A stretch of DNA of 64,000 nt from Zootoca vivipara (taxonomy: Eukaryota): the NCBI RefSeq assembly GCF_963506605.1, contig NC_083288.1, positions 40,486,001-40,550,000 on the forward strand, given 5' to 3'. How positions within the stretch are numbered: position 1 is the stretch's first letter; each line of letters starts with the position of its first letter. The notes beneath the pieces are model-generated. The model searched no databases. It saw nothing but the letters and a program-made list of their open reading frames with translations, and was not told the origin of the DNA. The translations under genes and the position numbers were made by a program. Positions 25,011-38,332 of the stretch are shown piece after piece.

Positions 25011-25958
25011 CTATCCAACACTAACTCTCAGCAGGGATCTACCTGTGAGCTTCTTCAGTGCCTCTTTAACTTCTTTATTTCTCAAGGAATATATGACAGG
25101 GTTGAGCACAGGAGTCACCACTGAATAAAGGATAGCAACAACCTTGTCTTCTTCTGGGGATGAGGTTGAGGTAGGCCTGATGTATGTGTAGATGATGGTG
25201 GAAAAGTAGAAGCTGACAACAAGGAGGTGGGAAGAGCAAGTGGAGAAGGCTTTCTTCTTCCCTTCAGTAGATTTAATTCTAAAGATGGTTGTCAGAATAA
25301 ACAAATATGATGTTAACGTCAGCAAACAGCTACCCATGGAGAAGACTGCATCAGCTACATAAGCCATGGTTTCATTGAGGCTGATGTCTGAGCAAGACAA
25401 CATCAGCAAAGGAGGCAAGTCACAGAAGAAGTGGTTGATGACGTTGGAGTCACAGAAGGAAAGGCGCAGCACAAGCCCTGTGTGAACGGCAGAATTTATC
25501 ATCCCCACCACCCACACTCCAGCCACCACCCCAATGTACATTTCCCTCCTCATGATGACTGTGTACTGCAAAGGGTGGCAGATGGCGATGAAGCGATCAA
25601 AGGCCATAAAGGAAAGCAGCAATATCTCTGTTCCCAGAGCCCACAAGAAAAAGTAGACCTGGGCTATGCAGCCGGGAAATGAGATGGTCTTCCTGGAGGC
25701 CAAAGTAGTCTGGAGCATCTTGGGAATTGTCACCGAGATACAAAACATGTTTGCTATGGACAAATGGATGAGCAGGAAATACATGGGGGTGTGGAGCTTG
25801 CGGCAAGTGCTTAAAGTGAAGATGAAGAGGAAGTTGGCTGACAAAGCAGTTGCATAGATTAAAGTGAACCCCCAAAATATGATTTTCTGATGTTCAGGGG
25901 AGCTGGATAAGCCGACCAAAATAAAATCTTGAAGTGCTGACTGGTTCTTCAGTTCCAT
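25011..25958 (-). CDS. Class II olfactory receptor, intact, 315 aa (OR13G1-like)
   Basis: Single-exon ORF with NQS, LHTPMYFLL, MAFDRFIAICHPLQY, KAFSTCSSHL, PVLNPVIYSLRNKE. Confidence 0.97.
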   Translation of the reverse strand: MELKNQSALQDFILVGLSSSPEHQKIIFWGFTLIYATALSANFLFIFTLSTCRKLHTPMYFLLIHLSIANMFCISVTIPKMLQTTLASRKTISFPGCIAQVYFFLWALGTEILLLSFMAFDRFIAICHPLQYTVIMRREMYIGVVAGVWVVGMINSAVHTGLVLRLSFCDSNVINHFFCDLPPLLMLSCSDISLNETMAYVADAVFSMGSCLLTLTSYLFILTTIFRIKSTEGKKKAFSTCSSHLLVVSFYFSTIIYTYIRPTSTSSPEEDKVVAILYSVVTPVLNPVIYSLRNKEVKEALKKLTGRSLLRVSVG

Positions 25959-26509
25959 GTGTCTGATAGTGCTGACTTGTCCAGATGAATAAATTTATTG
26001 GGTGTTAACCAAAGGTCAAATTCATGAAGACAAATTCATAGAGGATGAACCATGATCTGGAACCCCCATGTTCAGAAACAGGACATTTTCCAGTATATTC
26101 ACACATCTCCAGTGGGATCAGAAGGAAATAAGAAATAGGTCACACAAAATTGCATGGCTGTCAACTGCTGCAAGACAGTCAAAAACTGCTGACAAAGACA
26201 AATAGAAGCCTTTGAGGTGTGAATTTAGCAGTCTCTTGCCGCCTCCAGCCACTCCACATCCCCTACCCTGTTACGCTGTAAGTCAGGGATAGGGAACCTG
26301 TGGCTCTCCAGGTATTGCTGGACTACAACTCCCATCATTGCAGATCATTGGCTACACTGGCTGGGAATGATGGGAGATGAAGTCCAACAGCACATGGAGG
26401 GCCGCATATTTCCTGCCCCTTCCTGCCAAAAGTTCTGTGGAAACCTACACTCCAGACATGTCTCATAGTAAGTTGGTGATGTGGGTGGCACATAAGTAAC
26501 AGTCTAGGA

Positions 26510-26635
26510 CAGGGTTTCCCAAACATGGATTTCCAGCTGTTTTTGGATTATACTTCTCATTATCTCATTATCCCTGACTAGCTAGTGATGGTGGGAGTCC
26601 ATAAACAGCTGGAGACCCAAGTTTGGGAAATCCTG
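26510..26635. mobile_element. hAT-type MITE
   Basis: TIRs cagggtttcccaaac / gtttgggaaatcctg; 8-bp TSD gtctagga / gtttagga. Confidence 0.8.
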
Positions 26636-26743
26636 GTTTAGGACTACTATTGACCCACAGCTGATTCTGGGCTCTGGCCAAGGCTATCAACTTATTTTAT
26701 AGCATGTCAACAGTATCTGATCTTTGACACCTACTTCCTCTTA

Positions 26744-27098
26744 AGGTAAAGGGTAAAGGGACCCCTGACCATTAGGTGCAGTCGTGACCGACTCTGGGGT
26801 TGCGTGCTCATCTCGCATTATTGGCCAAGGGAGCCGACGTATAGCTTCCAGGTCATGTGGCCAGCATGACAAAGCCGCTTCTGGCAAACCAGAGCAGCAC
26901 ATGGGAACGCCGTTTACCTTCCCGCTGTAGCAGTTCCTATTTATGTACTTGCATTTTGAAGTGCTTTTGAACTGCTAGGTTGGCAGGAGCTGGGACCAAG
27001 CAATGGGAGCTCACCCCGTCACAGGGATTCAAACTGCTGACCTTCTGATCAGCAAGCCCTGGGCTCAGTGGTTTAACCCACAGCGCCACCTGGGTCCC
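26744..27098 (-). mobile_element. Sauria SINE
   Basis: Reverse complement of the Sauria consensus with an (ACCTTT)-type tail. Confidence 0.93.
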
Positions 27099-28084
27099 TC
27101 TTACTTATGAGTAAAAACACATGCCAGTTTGTACTGCATATGCTGATCATGTAGACAAAGCATTTCCCCTTATAATAAAGAAAACATCTGTACCAGAATC
27201 TTCTGCTTTAGGTTTAAAATTAGCTCACCTGGAAGCAGCAGCAGGATTCAAATGCTCCATATACCTGAAGATGTGAGGCAAAATGAAACTTGTCTCATTG
27301 ATGATGATCCCCACCCCTTTCTGCTAAGCCAGAGAAGAATGGAAGAATCAAGTGGAGAAACCGACAGCAAACATAAATAGTGAGCGAATGGTTCAAGTGC
27401 AGTGTTGGTGGCGTAGGGACAAAACCCTCAGAGGGAGTCAAATTAGGAATAGTCTAAGGATGTAAGGCTGCCACCAAGGAGAATTAGGATCATTGCTTCT
27501 GATTGCCTGGGGACCTCTGGGCCCAAGGAGGATGGTGTGGGTTATTATTTATTTATTTAGTATTACATGTATATCCAACGTTTCCTCCGAGGAGCACAAA
27601 TGTGGCACATGTGGTTATCTACCTTCTCCATTTTATCCCCACAACAACCCTGTTAGGTAGGTTTTGCTGCAAGATAGTAGCCCAAGGTCACCCAGTGAGC
27701 TTCATGGCTGCATGGGGATTTGAACCCTGGCCATAGTAAGGGCACAGAGAATCCATTCACATTGTCCAACTGCAAATTCCATATGGTAGATATGCAGTTC
27801 TAAAGAGTATAATCCTCTGAGAACTTCAGCTTTCTCTCTACAGTCATATTTATACAATCCACTGCCTTCTCCCAAGTGTAGGACATTGTAAATACATGTG
27901 TTTTTAAAGAAGCATTATCCTTATTACATCTCAAACAAAATGCTGCTTTAGTTAATACAAATCAAATATTTCCTGTTGAACAAGTCATCATTTAAGGTGC
28001 AATGACACTCCTGTAACATAAGTTTAAACACTGCCCAGTAGTTTAGGAGCCTCCTTTATTTCATTTATATATATCAATATCTGC

Positions 28085-28239
28085 NNNNNNNNNNNNNNNN
28101 NNNNNNNNNNNNNNNNNNNNNNNNNNNNNNNNNNNNNNNNNNNNNNNNNNNNNNNNNNNNNNNNNNNNNNNNNNNNNNNNNNNNNNNNNNNNNNNNNNNN
28201 NNNNNNNNNNNNNNNNNNNNNNNNNNNNNNNNNNNNNNN
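28085..28239. other. Assembly gap (155 N)
   Basis: Run of N. Confidence 1.
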
Positions 28240-28748
28240 TCAGAAGCTGAAAATGCTGCTGGCCAAAACAAAGCTGCTAACAAATGTTGAAGCTGTAGGT
28301 GTTACTATTTGGTTACATCCATTAGCTGATATTTATCTCATAAAACACAGCATGCTAAAAATTCACCTTCATCATCTATCAATTGATCCAAAGTCAATAT
28401 ACCCGCTTCCATCCAATTTTTGCATATCACCATCTTTTCCTGATTTTTTAAAGTTGGGTTTCTAATAGGAAAAGGGGTCGAATCTATTTTTTATTAGGCA
28501 TTGCATTCTATATCTTTCTAGCTGATGTTATTGTTTCCAGAGATTATTATTAATAAAATGGTCTCAACATAAATGTGGTGATTACTGTGTTGTACTATGA
28601 GCTAGGAAAACTGGGTTCAAATCCCCATTCAACTATGGGTCAGATACCATCTCTCAGTCTATCCCACCATGAACTCATTGGATGGGATGCAAGAAGGGAA
28701 ATAAAAACAAATTTAAGGTCCCTGGCTAATGGCATCTCTTTCACCTTC

Positions 28749-31700
28749 TCAATTATGGTCATCCTTCTTCCTTACTAACCTCTCTTTACTGTTCATATCT
28801 GGCCTAAATATAATGATGTGGATTTTGGGGAGGAAGATGCAACCCAGTAAGCCAGCAGTAGAGGCCAAGATGGAGAAGATCTCCACAGCCACCATGTATT
28901 TCCCTTTGGTGCTCAGATAAGTGGGGACAAAGGACAGCCAAACACTGCAGAAGACCAGCATGCTGAAGGTAATCAACTTGGCTTCATTGAAAGTATCAGG
29001 CAACTTCCTGGCAAAGAAAGCCACAGAGAAGCTCACAATGGCCAAAAGACCCATGTAGCCAAGAATAAGGTGGAACATGATGTCGGAGCCTTCATTGCAC
29101 TGCACTGTGATTTTCCCATCCTGGGAGTGCAGGTCAAACTCTGGGAATGGGGGAGAGGATGCCAGCCACCCAACACAGATGCCAGCTTGAATGAGAGAGC
29201 AGAAGGTGATAAGGGATCCTGCCAGCCTCTTCCCAAGCCATTTCCTCATGCTGTTTCCAGGCTTGGTGACCATGAATGCCAAAACCACAGTGAGGGTTTT
29301 GGCTAACACACAAGCAACAGCAATGGAGAAGACGAGGCCAAAGACGGTTTGCCTCAAGACACAGGTCACCTTTGTAGGCCTGCCAATGAATAAGAAGGAG
29401 CAGAGAAAGCAGAGAAGCAGAGAAGAGAGCAAGGTGCAGGTGATTCCCCAGTTGTTGGCTTTGACAATGGGAGTGTTCCAGTGCAGAGCGAAGGTCCCCA
29501 TCACAACAAGCGTGACCAGAGAAAGCAGGAGAGCCAAGGAAGCCAGAATCACCCCCAAGGGCTCCTCATAGGATAGGTAGCTTATTTTTTTTGGAACACA
29601 TTGGTCCTGAAAGGCATTTGGGTAGCGATCGTCTGGGCATTTCTCACACTGATCTGCATCTGAAAGTGAGAAGCATGCTTTTAGCATTTCTGGAAGTGAT
29701 AAAAATTAATTTTATTGATACTGTCTATTATGCTGTGCACAAAAAATATTACTGAGCTGTTGAACCATAGCCTATTTTTTCAACTAAGTGATGGTTCCTC
29801 CATGAGCATCTCCGCTGTACTAATTAATCCATTCATATTTATTTGTCATGGTTGCGGTATACTGATTGATTTCAGTCTTTTCCCATTAAACATGTCTAGC
29901 TCTACTAGTAAGTAAGTGAAGATGAAAATCTGTTGGCTGCAGGTTGAATGCTGACAAAAGGGAATCTATGGAGTGCAATCCTAATTATTTCTTCCCAGAT
30001 GTATGTCATCCTGATTTCAATGGTGGTTACTCCCATGTGGATGTACTTTCACACAATATACTCTTGAAAGAGGAGGCGAGAGGAAAGGACAATATGTATC
30101 AGTAAAATATAAACACATGTGCTTGGGATCCATGACAGTAGATAAGCAGACATAATAAGACTAAGACATGAATGTCTGTGTTGGAGAGGAAGATGGGAAT
30201 TCCAGTTGACTTGGGTTCCTTCACTTACCCTTCTGGACTGAAATCCTCCCTTTAGGGCACTGAACACAGTCATAGCAACACATTTGCTTTCCCTGCTGAG
30301 CAAACATACTCTGTCCAGGGTGGCAGCTCTCAACACAGGTGGAAATGGGCAGCATCTAATGGTAATGACAAGCAAGAGATTTTGAGTGGAATAAATCTTA
30401 TTGTCATCTATATGCAGCAGAAAGGTCACAGGACTGAAAATATCAGGCCCCCTGATAAAGATTCTTTCTGCTGTCCCCAGACTATTTGGCCAGCCCAGCA
30501 GATGCATGAATAGCAAAGAGAAGCTAGTGCCAACATTCTCCTTCCTGATAGATTGATTCCTCATAACCCAAGCCTGATTCCCTTCTGGAGGGAGAGGAGA
30601 GCTGAGATAAGGACCCAGCAGCAAATGCTTCTTCTCCTTCTTAGGTGTGCAGGAGTAGGGAATGAAGGACCATCATGAGTTAGTTCTGGTTGTTGGTGAT
30701 GAAAGATATTTAATATGGTTGCTATACATATTTTCTCTGCAGATCACACAACCTTGACAGTCCTCTCCAAGGAAGTTTTCACCAACCATTTTGTGGGAAT
30801 TAAACTCTCGTTCCCATTTTTAAAGTTATGCGGAAGATAGCCCTGGTCATTTGACCCGTTAAGAAGTTCCCCTTTTCCTCCTATAAAACTATGCAAGACA
30901 CTCTCTTTAAAAGTTCAAATAAGAATTAATAAATATAAAATCTACAATGCACGTAGGCTTCGTTCACATTGCTAATACATCTTTGTATTAGACCTCCAGT
31001 TATATGGCAGTATATAAACTCATTCAATCCATCCATCCATCCATCCATCCATCCATAAAAGATGATGATGATGGATAATGATTAAAAAAAAGATCTCTGG
31101 GTATAGGGTTATATATAAATTCAATCAATCAATCAATCAATCAATCAACCAATCAATCGCCTCAGGCATATGACAACACATATAGCCTTCCATAGCCTTC
31201 TGAGCAGCAGCTCTTTCCTTAGCCTTTGGGATGCTTTCATCCCACACATTATGGCCAAGCCTGCATGGAGTTTGGCCTCACAATCAGCCTGATGGAGACC
31301 AACATCCTGGCACAGGATATCGCCAGCCACTCCGTCCTTCAACATTAGTGACCACACACTTCAGGTGGTAGGTGATTTTCTTTCTACCTAGGCTCCGCAT
31401 TGTTCCCAACAACACATTTTGGAGCACAACAGGCCCTTTTCAAGAGCTTTAAACACTTGCAGATTCCTTACTCATAAATACTTTGTTCTTATCCCTGAAC
31501 TCCAAATTAGCTTCAAACTAGCTCTGCATCAACAAATTTGAACAAAGTAACAAAGATAGTATTTCATCAGTAAGTACCAGAGCTTGTCTCCTCACACCTC
31601 TCCTTTGTAGCCATCTCTGTTTTCCTGGATCTCCTGATCTTCTAATAAAAGATGATGATTAAAATAAGAAATAGTCCCACCCACCTGCTTGAACTTGGGA

Positions 31701-34700
31701 TTCCATGCAACGGCACTTCCATCCACTGTGAACTCTTTTCCTGGGGGTGCCTGAGGGTCCACCCTCCCCACTCGGACTCTCTGGAAAGACTCATTGGGAA
31801 ATGTGACCAAGTTGAGGAGATCATAGCCACCTGCCTGCTGCCCCTTCTCATCAAAAGAGATTTCTTCCCCAGCACTGTTGTTGAAGTGGATGTTCTTCAG
31901 GAAGGAGTGAAGCTAGATTGCAGGGAAAAACAACAACACAATCCTTGGAGGCTAATACGCTCTCTCTCTCTCATTTGCAAAGTGGACCTTTGTATTCTTA
32001 CTACAATTTATCATATATATTGGGTACTTCAAAAAAATTCCCCAATTAATATGTGAAACTGCCATGTGCTGAGTCAAACAACTGGTCTCTGTAGCCCAGA
32101 ACTGTCGACTTTGAATTGCCACAGTGCTACAGGGCATACATCCGAGGTTTCAACCCAATTTTGACACCAGAGGACACCCCTGCCTCTTGTGCAGCCCAAG
32201 TAGGAGAATCCTGGGATGGATTAATTTCAAGAGTTTGAATGTGCAGCTTGCAAAGCATGTGGCCTTTAACTGAGATAATGTCCCTCCCAATGATAGAATT
32301 CACCAGGGGAAATCCCCAAGGCCTCTCCTCCATGCCAGGTCTCAGCTGTGCAACATACAAATCAGTAATAATAACATTTGCTTCTAACATTGAGGAGAGT
32401 AATTGGCAGTACCTGCCAGGGCGGCATCCGTCTCTCAACCAGTACTTTCTGTTTGGCTCTTGATGAATACATGCTATGGAGAGCATGCGCTACTGCATGG
32501 ACGGCATTGTAGATGGTGTAGCTCTGGCTGGACATTTCCATTTCAAACACAGGTCCAGTGAGTTTCTCCAGCTTCTCCTCCCCAGTGCAGTGTTCCCGCA
32601 GTGTCTCAATTAGATTGTTATCTGAGAATGAACAGAGGAATGCACTGGCCCAGAACTCCTGGATGAAATTAAGATTTGACTGCCATGGATTTATGGTCTG
32701 TAGAAAGTCGTGAAACCCTGGAACTGGATTTGAGTGGAGTGTAAATGTCAAGGTGCCATTGAAGGATATGGAAGGGAATTTGTCTCCAGCCAGCACTGCA
32801 GTGAAATCCCATTGAGCTGTTGTAATCCACACCCTCTGTACAGGGTACATAGATAAAACCTCACAGGAGACTAAAACCAGTCTCAAACCCTCTAGAGACT
32901 GACTGTCTCCATAGACGAGAATCACATTCATCTGCCTCTGTGTGAGAGCAAACATGATTGGTCTCAGTTTTTGTTGAAGTAGCTCATTAGGTAACCATTT
33001 TGTCACTAGTGGGATCACCAGTGTCCAAGAAATGCAAAGATTATTTTGGAAAAGCCTTGGTCTAAGAGTACGAAGGAAGGTTTCTCCACTGTCATCATCT
33101 GAAACAAGGAGGCCAATCCAGTTCCACCCAAACTTCCGGAGGAGCCACACAATGCCATCATACTGAGCTTCTTCATTGGGGGCCATTTGGAAGAAGGAAG
33201 GGAAGAGCCTTTTGTCACTCAGCACTGGATCCAAGGAGCCATAGCTGAGCTAAAGTGAAAGGCATCATATTTTTTAGAATCCGAAGACCATCTATTTCTT
33301 CAAAGAAAGAATACGTCTGTGTTGTGGTGGTTAACCACCTGGTCTTACTTTTCAAAGTCTACACCCCTGGCATTATTAAGTCTCAGGGTAAGAGAAGTTT
33401 CTAAATAGGAGGCTGGATGCTCCCATGATTACATGCTTTGTGGCATTGTCAGGTTTGGAAGAATCAGAACTTTGGTTATTAGTATTATTGCTACCTTTGC
33501 CCCCCCCCCCGAAATCCCAATGCTAATTCAGATGGCAGTGTAGACTACACATAGCTATGAAGCTTTAACATAATCATGTACCCATACCAAGTCTAATGTA
33601 GGACATAGGTGTAGAAAACATAATATAATGGGATTGAAAGCAAACCTGGATGCTTTTTGGGGTTTCCCTGTGTATGTCTGCCCTTGTGGTTGTATCTATG
33701 TATCTACAAACATACCTGTGGAATCTTGTAGGTGTTTAATATATTGGCCATCTGAAGGGAGTTTTGGGAGGTGAGCCCTCCAACGACGGCAATTAATTTA
33801 TCTTCCCCATTACAGTGGTAATTGGGGGGATTTTGTTGTCCCACAAAAAGAAGAGCAAGAGTGTTCCAACAAGATTGCAAAGGATTAAAAGCATTCTCAT
33901 AAAATGTTGATCCCAGTGTGATGTTGGATAAGAATTTGGCATTCTTGTTGACCTCTTGCATGGCAAAGATGAAGGCAAGAACATGTTGGTAGTTTTTCGG
34001 GATCAGACTGCAATGAGACAAAGAATGATTGCAACACTGGTGGAAGAGAAACAACTGTGTTTCAGTTTTGATTTGTAAATCTATGTACCTTGAATTTTGC
34101 AACCCATAGGAAAGGAACATTTTATTCCAACTAATGAAACTACAGCAGTCTCCTAATAGAATTTGATTAGATGTATGTGAATGGTGGAGTCCAAGAAATC
34201 CCATGTTGTGCTATGGATGAATTGGTGGGTTTGGATATGGGAACCTTCGAACCAAAATTTCTTAATGTGCCAAGTTCAGTCAAGCTCTAATTCTGTTCCT
34301 ATTTAACTAGGTTCAAAACCACAAATGCAATGGAATATAAAATCGAGTGAAGCTGATTGTATGTTCCCAACTTCTTATATACAGAGTCCACGCCTACTTT
34401 TTGTTTAGTTTCTTTGTCTTCCATTTCTGAAACATGAAATTTTCATGGGAATGTATTCCCAATTGAACCTGGAGAAGAACTAAACATTAGACAAGGGTGG
34501 TCTTACCTGCGGGACACAAGGCCTTTTTTAGTGTCCCTGGAATCTGAGCCTAAGAGAGGGAGAAAGAGGGAGGGTAGTAGGAGTGGGATGTTCCTTCACA
34601 TTCTCTCCCTTTCTTTCTTTACTGCCTTTCTCCCTCATTGCTTTCTGCATGATTGGTATTTTCAATGGTTCCTTTAATGCAATCCCAAGCCAATAGCAAC

Positions 34701-35502
34701 TGACAAGAGTGATTATTTTATGGGAAATGCAATGCCTGTGTCCCCCAGGTTCAGAGTTGTCCTATTGGAAGATGATGATATATTTGTGGAAACCAGCTAA
34801 GCTCTGTCCTCCTGCCAGATGAAAAGTGCAGCTTGTAGCCCTGATGCTGCTGCATGCCTTTTTTTTAAAAAAAAAAACTTTGGAAGTGAAACCTTCCTCT
34901 TCTTCTTTTATTCAGCGAGATTTGCTTCCCCAATAATCATGCACAGCTTAAAGGTTGTGATCACTCAAGCTTCCACTAGAATTTTTTTCCTTCCATGTAA
35001 ACGTGTGGTAATGAAAGCTGTTCTTGATCCCAAGTATTAGAGAGGGATTTGATCAGCCACATCTGGCGCCTTAGCCTGCTAATGGCTTTATTTCTGCTAA
35101 CTCGAGGGGTGGGAAATAGGTCTGAATGTATCCTAGAAGGCTTCCAGGAGAAGCAAAGACAGAAACTGATGCAGTGGTTCATTTAATAAACTCAAGAATG
35201 ATCAGTGGGCCCAGTGGAATTGTTTCTGATAAATAAGTAACTACTTACCGAGCATATAATGCAGAGAATTGGGGGTCCTCTGTTAATTTCTTTATTCTGA
35301 AGTCTGATTGTGTAACGGATACAAATACACCAATGATCATGTCTGCCAGAGGACCATATGAATTGATTTGAATTTTTTGTCTCAATGTGCATGAGGAGGA
35401 GTTCAAACTCTTGCTAGAAGAACAATGCAGCAGCAACAGCAGCAGGAAAAGCAGGTGGAGCGCTAACCATTCTTGTGCTGAACTGCATCTGGAAGCCATC
35501 AT
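28749..35502 (-). CDS. Vomeronasal type-2 receptor (class C GPCR), paralogue 1, six exons, 882 aa
   Basis: Exons 35502-35249, 34007-33716, 33249-32413, 31912-31685, 30355-30229, 29659-28749 (254+292+837+228+127+911 = 2649 nt). All introns GT-AG and phase-compatible. Signal peptide, Venus-flytrap domain (FGWNWIGL), cysteine-rich domain (CCYDCVQC) and 7TM ([17 protein letters not shown]). Confidence 0.95.
31180..31480 (+). mobile_element. Old RTE-type LINE RT fragment in V2R intron 4 (also ~48320-48610 and ~62880-63170)
   Basis: Degenerate translation resembling ACxEFGLTIS..TNIL..[13 protein letters not shown]..F.YLG. Present in all three paralogues, so it predates the duplications. Confidence 0.6.
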
Positions 35503-35619
35503 GTTTGCCTGTAGTCACAATTTCAGTCTTGGCTGCAGTTACAGGGAAACTTGGCTGCATGGAGCTATGTGCCTGCATCATATCCACCTTCCTAACTGGG
35601 TTCATGTAAGTTGATAGGA

Positions 35620-35760
35620 CAGGCGCCTATATAGACTAGAACACAGGATCATCATATTTGGAAAGGGCTGTTTCTGTGGCTGTTATTGTGCCGGGCCTCT
35701 GATTTCCCAGGGGATATTTAGAAGTAGTGGTGCTGATCAATAATTATAAAAAATTACAGG
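35620..35760 (-). promoter_or_regulatory. Putative promoter of V2R paralogue 1 (TATA-like, O/E and homeodomain sites)
   Basis: TATATA 35628-35633, TCCCAGGGGA 35705-35714, TAATTA 35741-35746; all conserved upstream of paralogue 2. Confidence 0.6.
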
Positions 35761-36081
35761 GTGGAGGATCTGTTTTGCTCAAGTTCTCAATTCTCAGTAC
35801 ACGCAAAGTGCTATGTCGGTGCCATCCAGCTGTAGCCCAAGATCTGCTCACTTCTGAAGCAGTGCCTCTCACCTTGAGTATTGCTTTCTGAATTGATACA
35901 ATTTTACACATGGCCAACCCATAGAAAGAGGATTGTGGATGTGCATATCCCTTATTTTGAGTCAAACCATTAACCCTTCTATCTAACTACAGTCTACCCT
36001 GAGGAGCAATCAAGCATTTTTCTTTCATTCAATTGGAACTCTTTTAACTGGAGATGTTAGCAATTAAACTTTGTCCTAATG

Positions 36082-36325
36082 CAGGGGTCAGCAAACTTTT
36101 TCAGCAGGGGGCCGGTCCCTCACACCTTGTGGGGGGCCGGACTATATTTTGAAGAAAAAAATGAACGAATTCCTATGCCCCACAAATAACCCAGAGATGC
36201 ATTTTAAATAAAAGGACACATTTTATTCATGTAAAAAACATGCTGATTCCCGGACTGTCCCTGGGCCGGATTTAGAAGGCGATTGGGCCGCATCCAGCCC
36301 CTGGGCCTTAGTTTGGGAAACCCTG
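36082..36325. mobile_element. hAT-type non-autonomous element (244 bp)
   Basis: Termini caggggtcagcaaac / gtttgggaaaccctg; 8-bp TSD tcctaatg; absent from the paralogous flank near 57420. Confidence 0.88.
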
Positions 36326-36435
36326 TCCTAATGCAACCAAAGCTGAGTTATGTTACTGAGCTATATCTCCTCATTCTAAGCTTGATGGTTAAGCACTCCT
36401 TCATTACTCCTTCATAAGAATAAGAATAAGAATTA

Positions 36436-36476
<41 letters not shown>

Positions 36477-37199
36477 GGAATAGCATGCCAGGCAATCCTT
36501 CTCTCCTTCTGCCTCCATCAGATATCCTCATACACGTGGTCTTTTCAAGGCCATCCCACTATAGCCCAAGACTTGCTCCCTAGTGAAGCAGTGCCTAGGA
36601 CAGTTGGTCTAACTTTCTGAATGGATACAACGTGAAACTCTTCTGGTCGAGACAACCAGCCCTTCCCCCCATGTACTGCCAATTATGATCCATGGTGTAT
36701 CAAGGAGATGTTTCTGTCATGCAACTTGGGCTTTTTAAAACTTTGGCCCTTATGTATCCAATCTGAACTCTGCTACTGAGCAATAGCCCCTTACTCTAAG
36801 CCATTTGGTTAAGCTCTCCCTCATAACAGCATCCCAGGTAACTCTTCCCTTCTTCTACCTCCATCAGATGCCATCCCACATGAGATTCTCGTCCCCCCCC
36901 CCAAAGCGGGAGTGGTTTTGTGTGGGACAGCAAAGGTGTGGGCCTCCCTCTCTCATGCCGGGAAGTCAGAGAGGCAGGGCGGTGGTTGATTTCTGTTTGA
37001 ATCCATGGGTGTGACTATGAGAGAAACAAGGCCTTCTTGGGGTGTTAATGCTCTGAACCCCTCCAGGTTGTATATATGTGTAAATAAACCATATATCATA
37101 AGGACACCACAGTCTCTGTGGTAGCTCATTCCAAAGGAAACACATCTGGAATCCCTGGAATCTCACAATGCTAGGAGATAGGGACGGTGTACAGCAATA

Positions 37200-37920
37200 T
37201 GTAGTGAAGTTCCCAGGTGAGCTTCCCTGGATAGAGCATTCCACAAGTGGGGAGCCACCACAGAAAAGGCCCACTATTGTGTTGCCACTCTCTGAGGCAC
37301 AAAAAAGGGGCCTCCGATGATGATCACAGCGTCTGAATTGGTTTTTAGAGGTCCTTCAGGTTCTGCAGTCCTGAGCGCTTTAAGGCTTTACAGGTCAAAA
37401 CCAGCACTTTGAATTGCACCTGGAAAGTAATCAGCAGCCAGTGCAGTTGGGCCAGGATTGGTGTTATATTCTTAAAATGTATTGCCACGGTAAGCAACCT
37501 AGTCATGAAATTCTGCACTAGCTGAAGATTCTGAATGTCTTTCGAGGAAGCCCTAGGTATAACACATTGCAATAATCTAACCTAGAGGTTCCAGCAGCAC
37601 AGGAAAAAGAAGTTTAATATAATCATAGAACTGTGGAGTTGGAAGGGACCCTGAGGATCATCTAGTCCAACCACCTGCCTCCTACATGGGGATCAAACCT
37701 GCAGCCTTGGTGCTATCAGCACCACACTCTAAGCAACTGACTTATCCAGGCTGATAAAGTTAGGCTATCCTTGTCCAGATAAGGCTGCAGCTGGGCCCCC
37801 AGCAAAAGGTGATGGAAAGCACTCCATGTCACCAAGGCCACCTGAGCCTCAAGTGACAGCAACGGATCAAGAATACCCCCAAGTTGCATACCTGCTCCTT
37901 CAGAGGGAGTGGGACCCAAT
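37200..37920 (-). mobile_element. Old L2 LINE ORF2 fragment interrupted by a tRNA-head/CR1-tail SINE (~37620-37750)
   Basis: Translations LQLVQN..ITPILAQLHWL..FKVLVL and LGGILDP.LSLEAQV. The insert shows atcatagaa..gttggaagggacc and a reversed tRNA box. Confidence 0.7.
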
Positions 37921-38332
37921 CAAGAGCAGGCCTCCTCTCATCCATGCAGTTTGGGGAAATGTGCACTAACAGTTACCAGTCATATTTTGATTGAACTTAT
38001 GTTTATTGGTGCTAAACTAGTCCACTAGTGAGGCAAGACATCCACAGCCACACCTGCAGATGTAAAGGGAAAGTAGAGTTGTGTTTCACCAGTATATTGC
38101 GTGGACAGGCAGTATTTTTATGGGGAATATCTGTTTGAAGATGGATGAGGGCAGATGCAAATCAAAACAAATGTTAATGTGCTTGGAGCAATCCCCATTG
38201 TGTCAACTATGCAAAGAGAGAGTAAGAATTTCTCTTCCAAACCTCCCTCTCTAATATGCCAGAGAGCTCTTAAGAGCACACACAACAAGGGCCCCAACAG
38301 TGTTGTGTATGTGGAATATTGGTACAATCATG

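Noticed and set aside
27220-27540. Possible non-coding first exon and promoter of the 25011-25958 OR (donor CAG|GTGAGC, partial O/E sites)
   Set aside because: Motifs are too short and degenerate to call without transcript data.
29660-29687. ORF-track starts (MLKACFSLS and similar) suggesting single-exon 7TM genes
   Set aside because: These are intronic extensions of V2R exon 6; the same applies at 45836-45959 and 59888-59927 and to the exon 2 and 3 ORFs.
36880-37197. Possible solo LTR remnant (AATAAA, CA end)
   Set aside because: Could not identify a TG start or a TSD.
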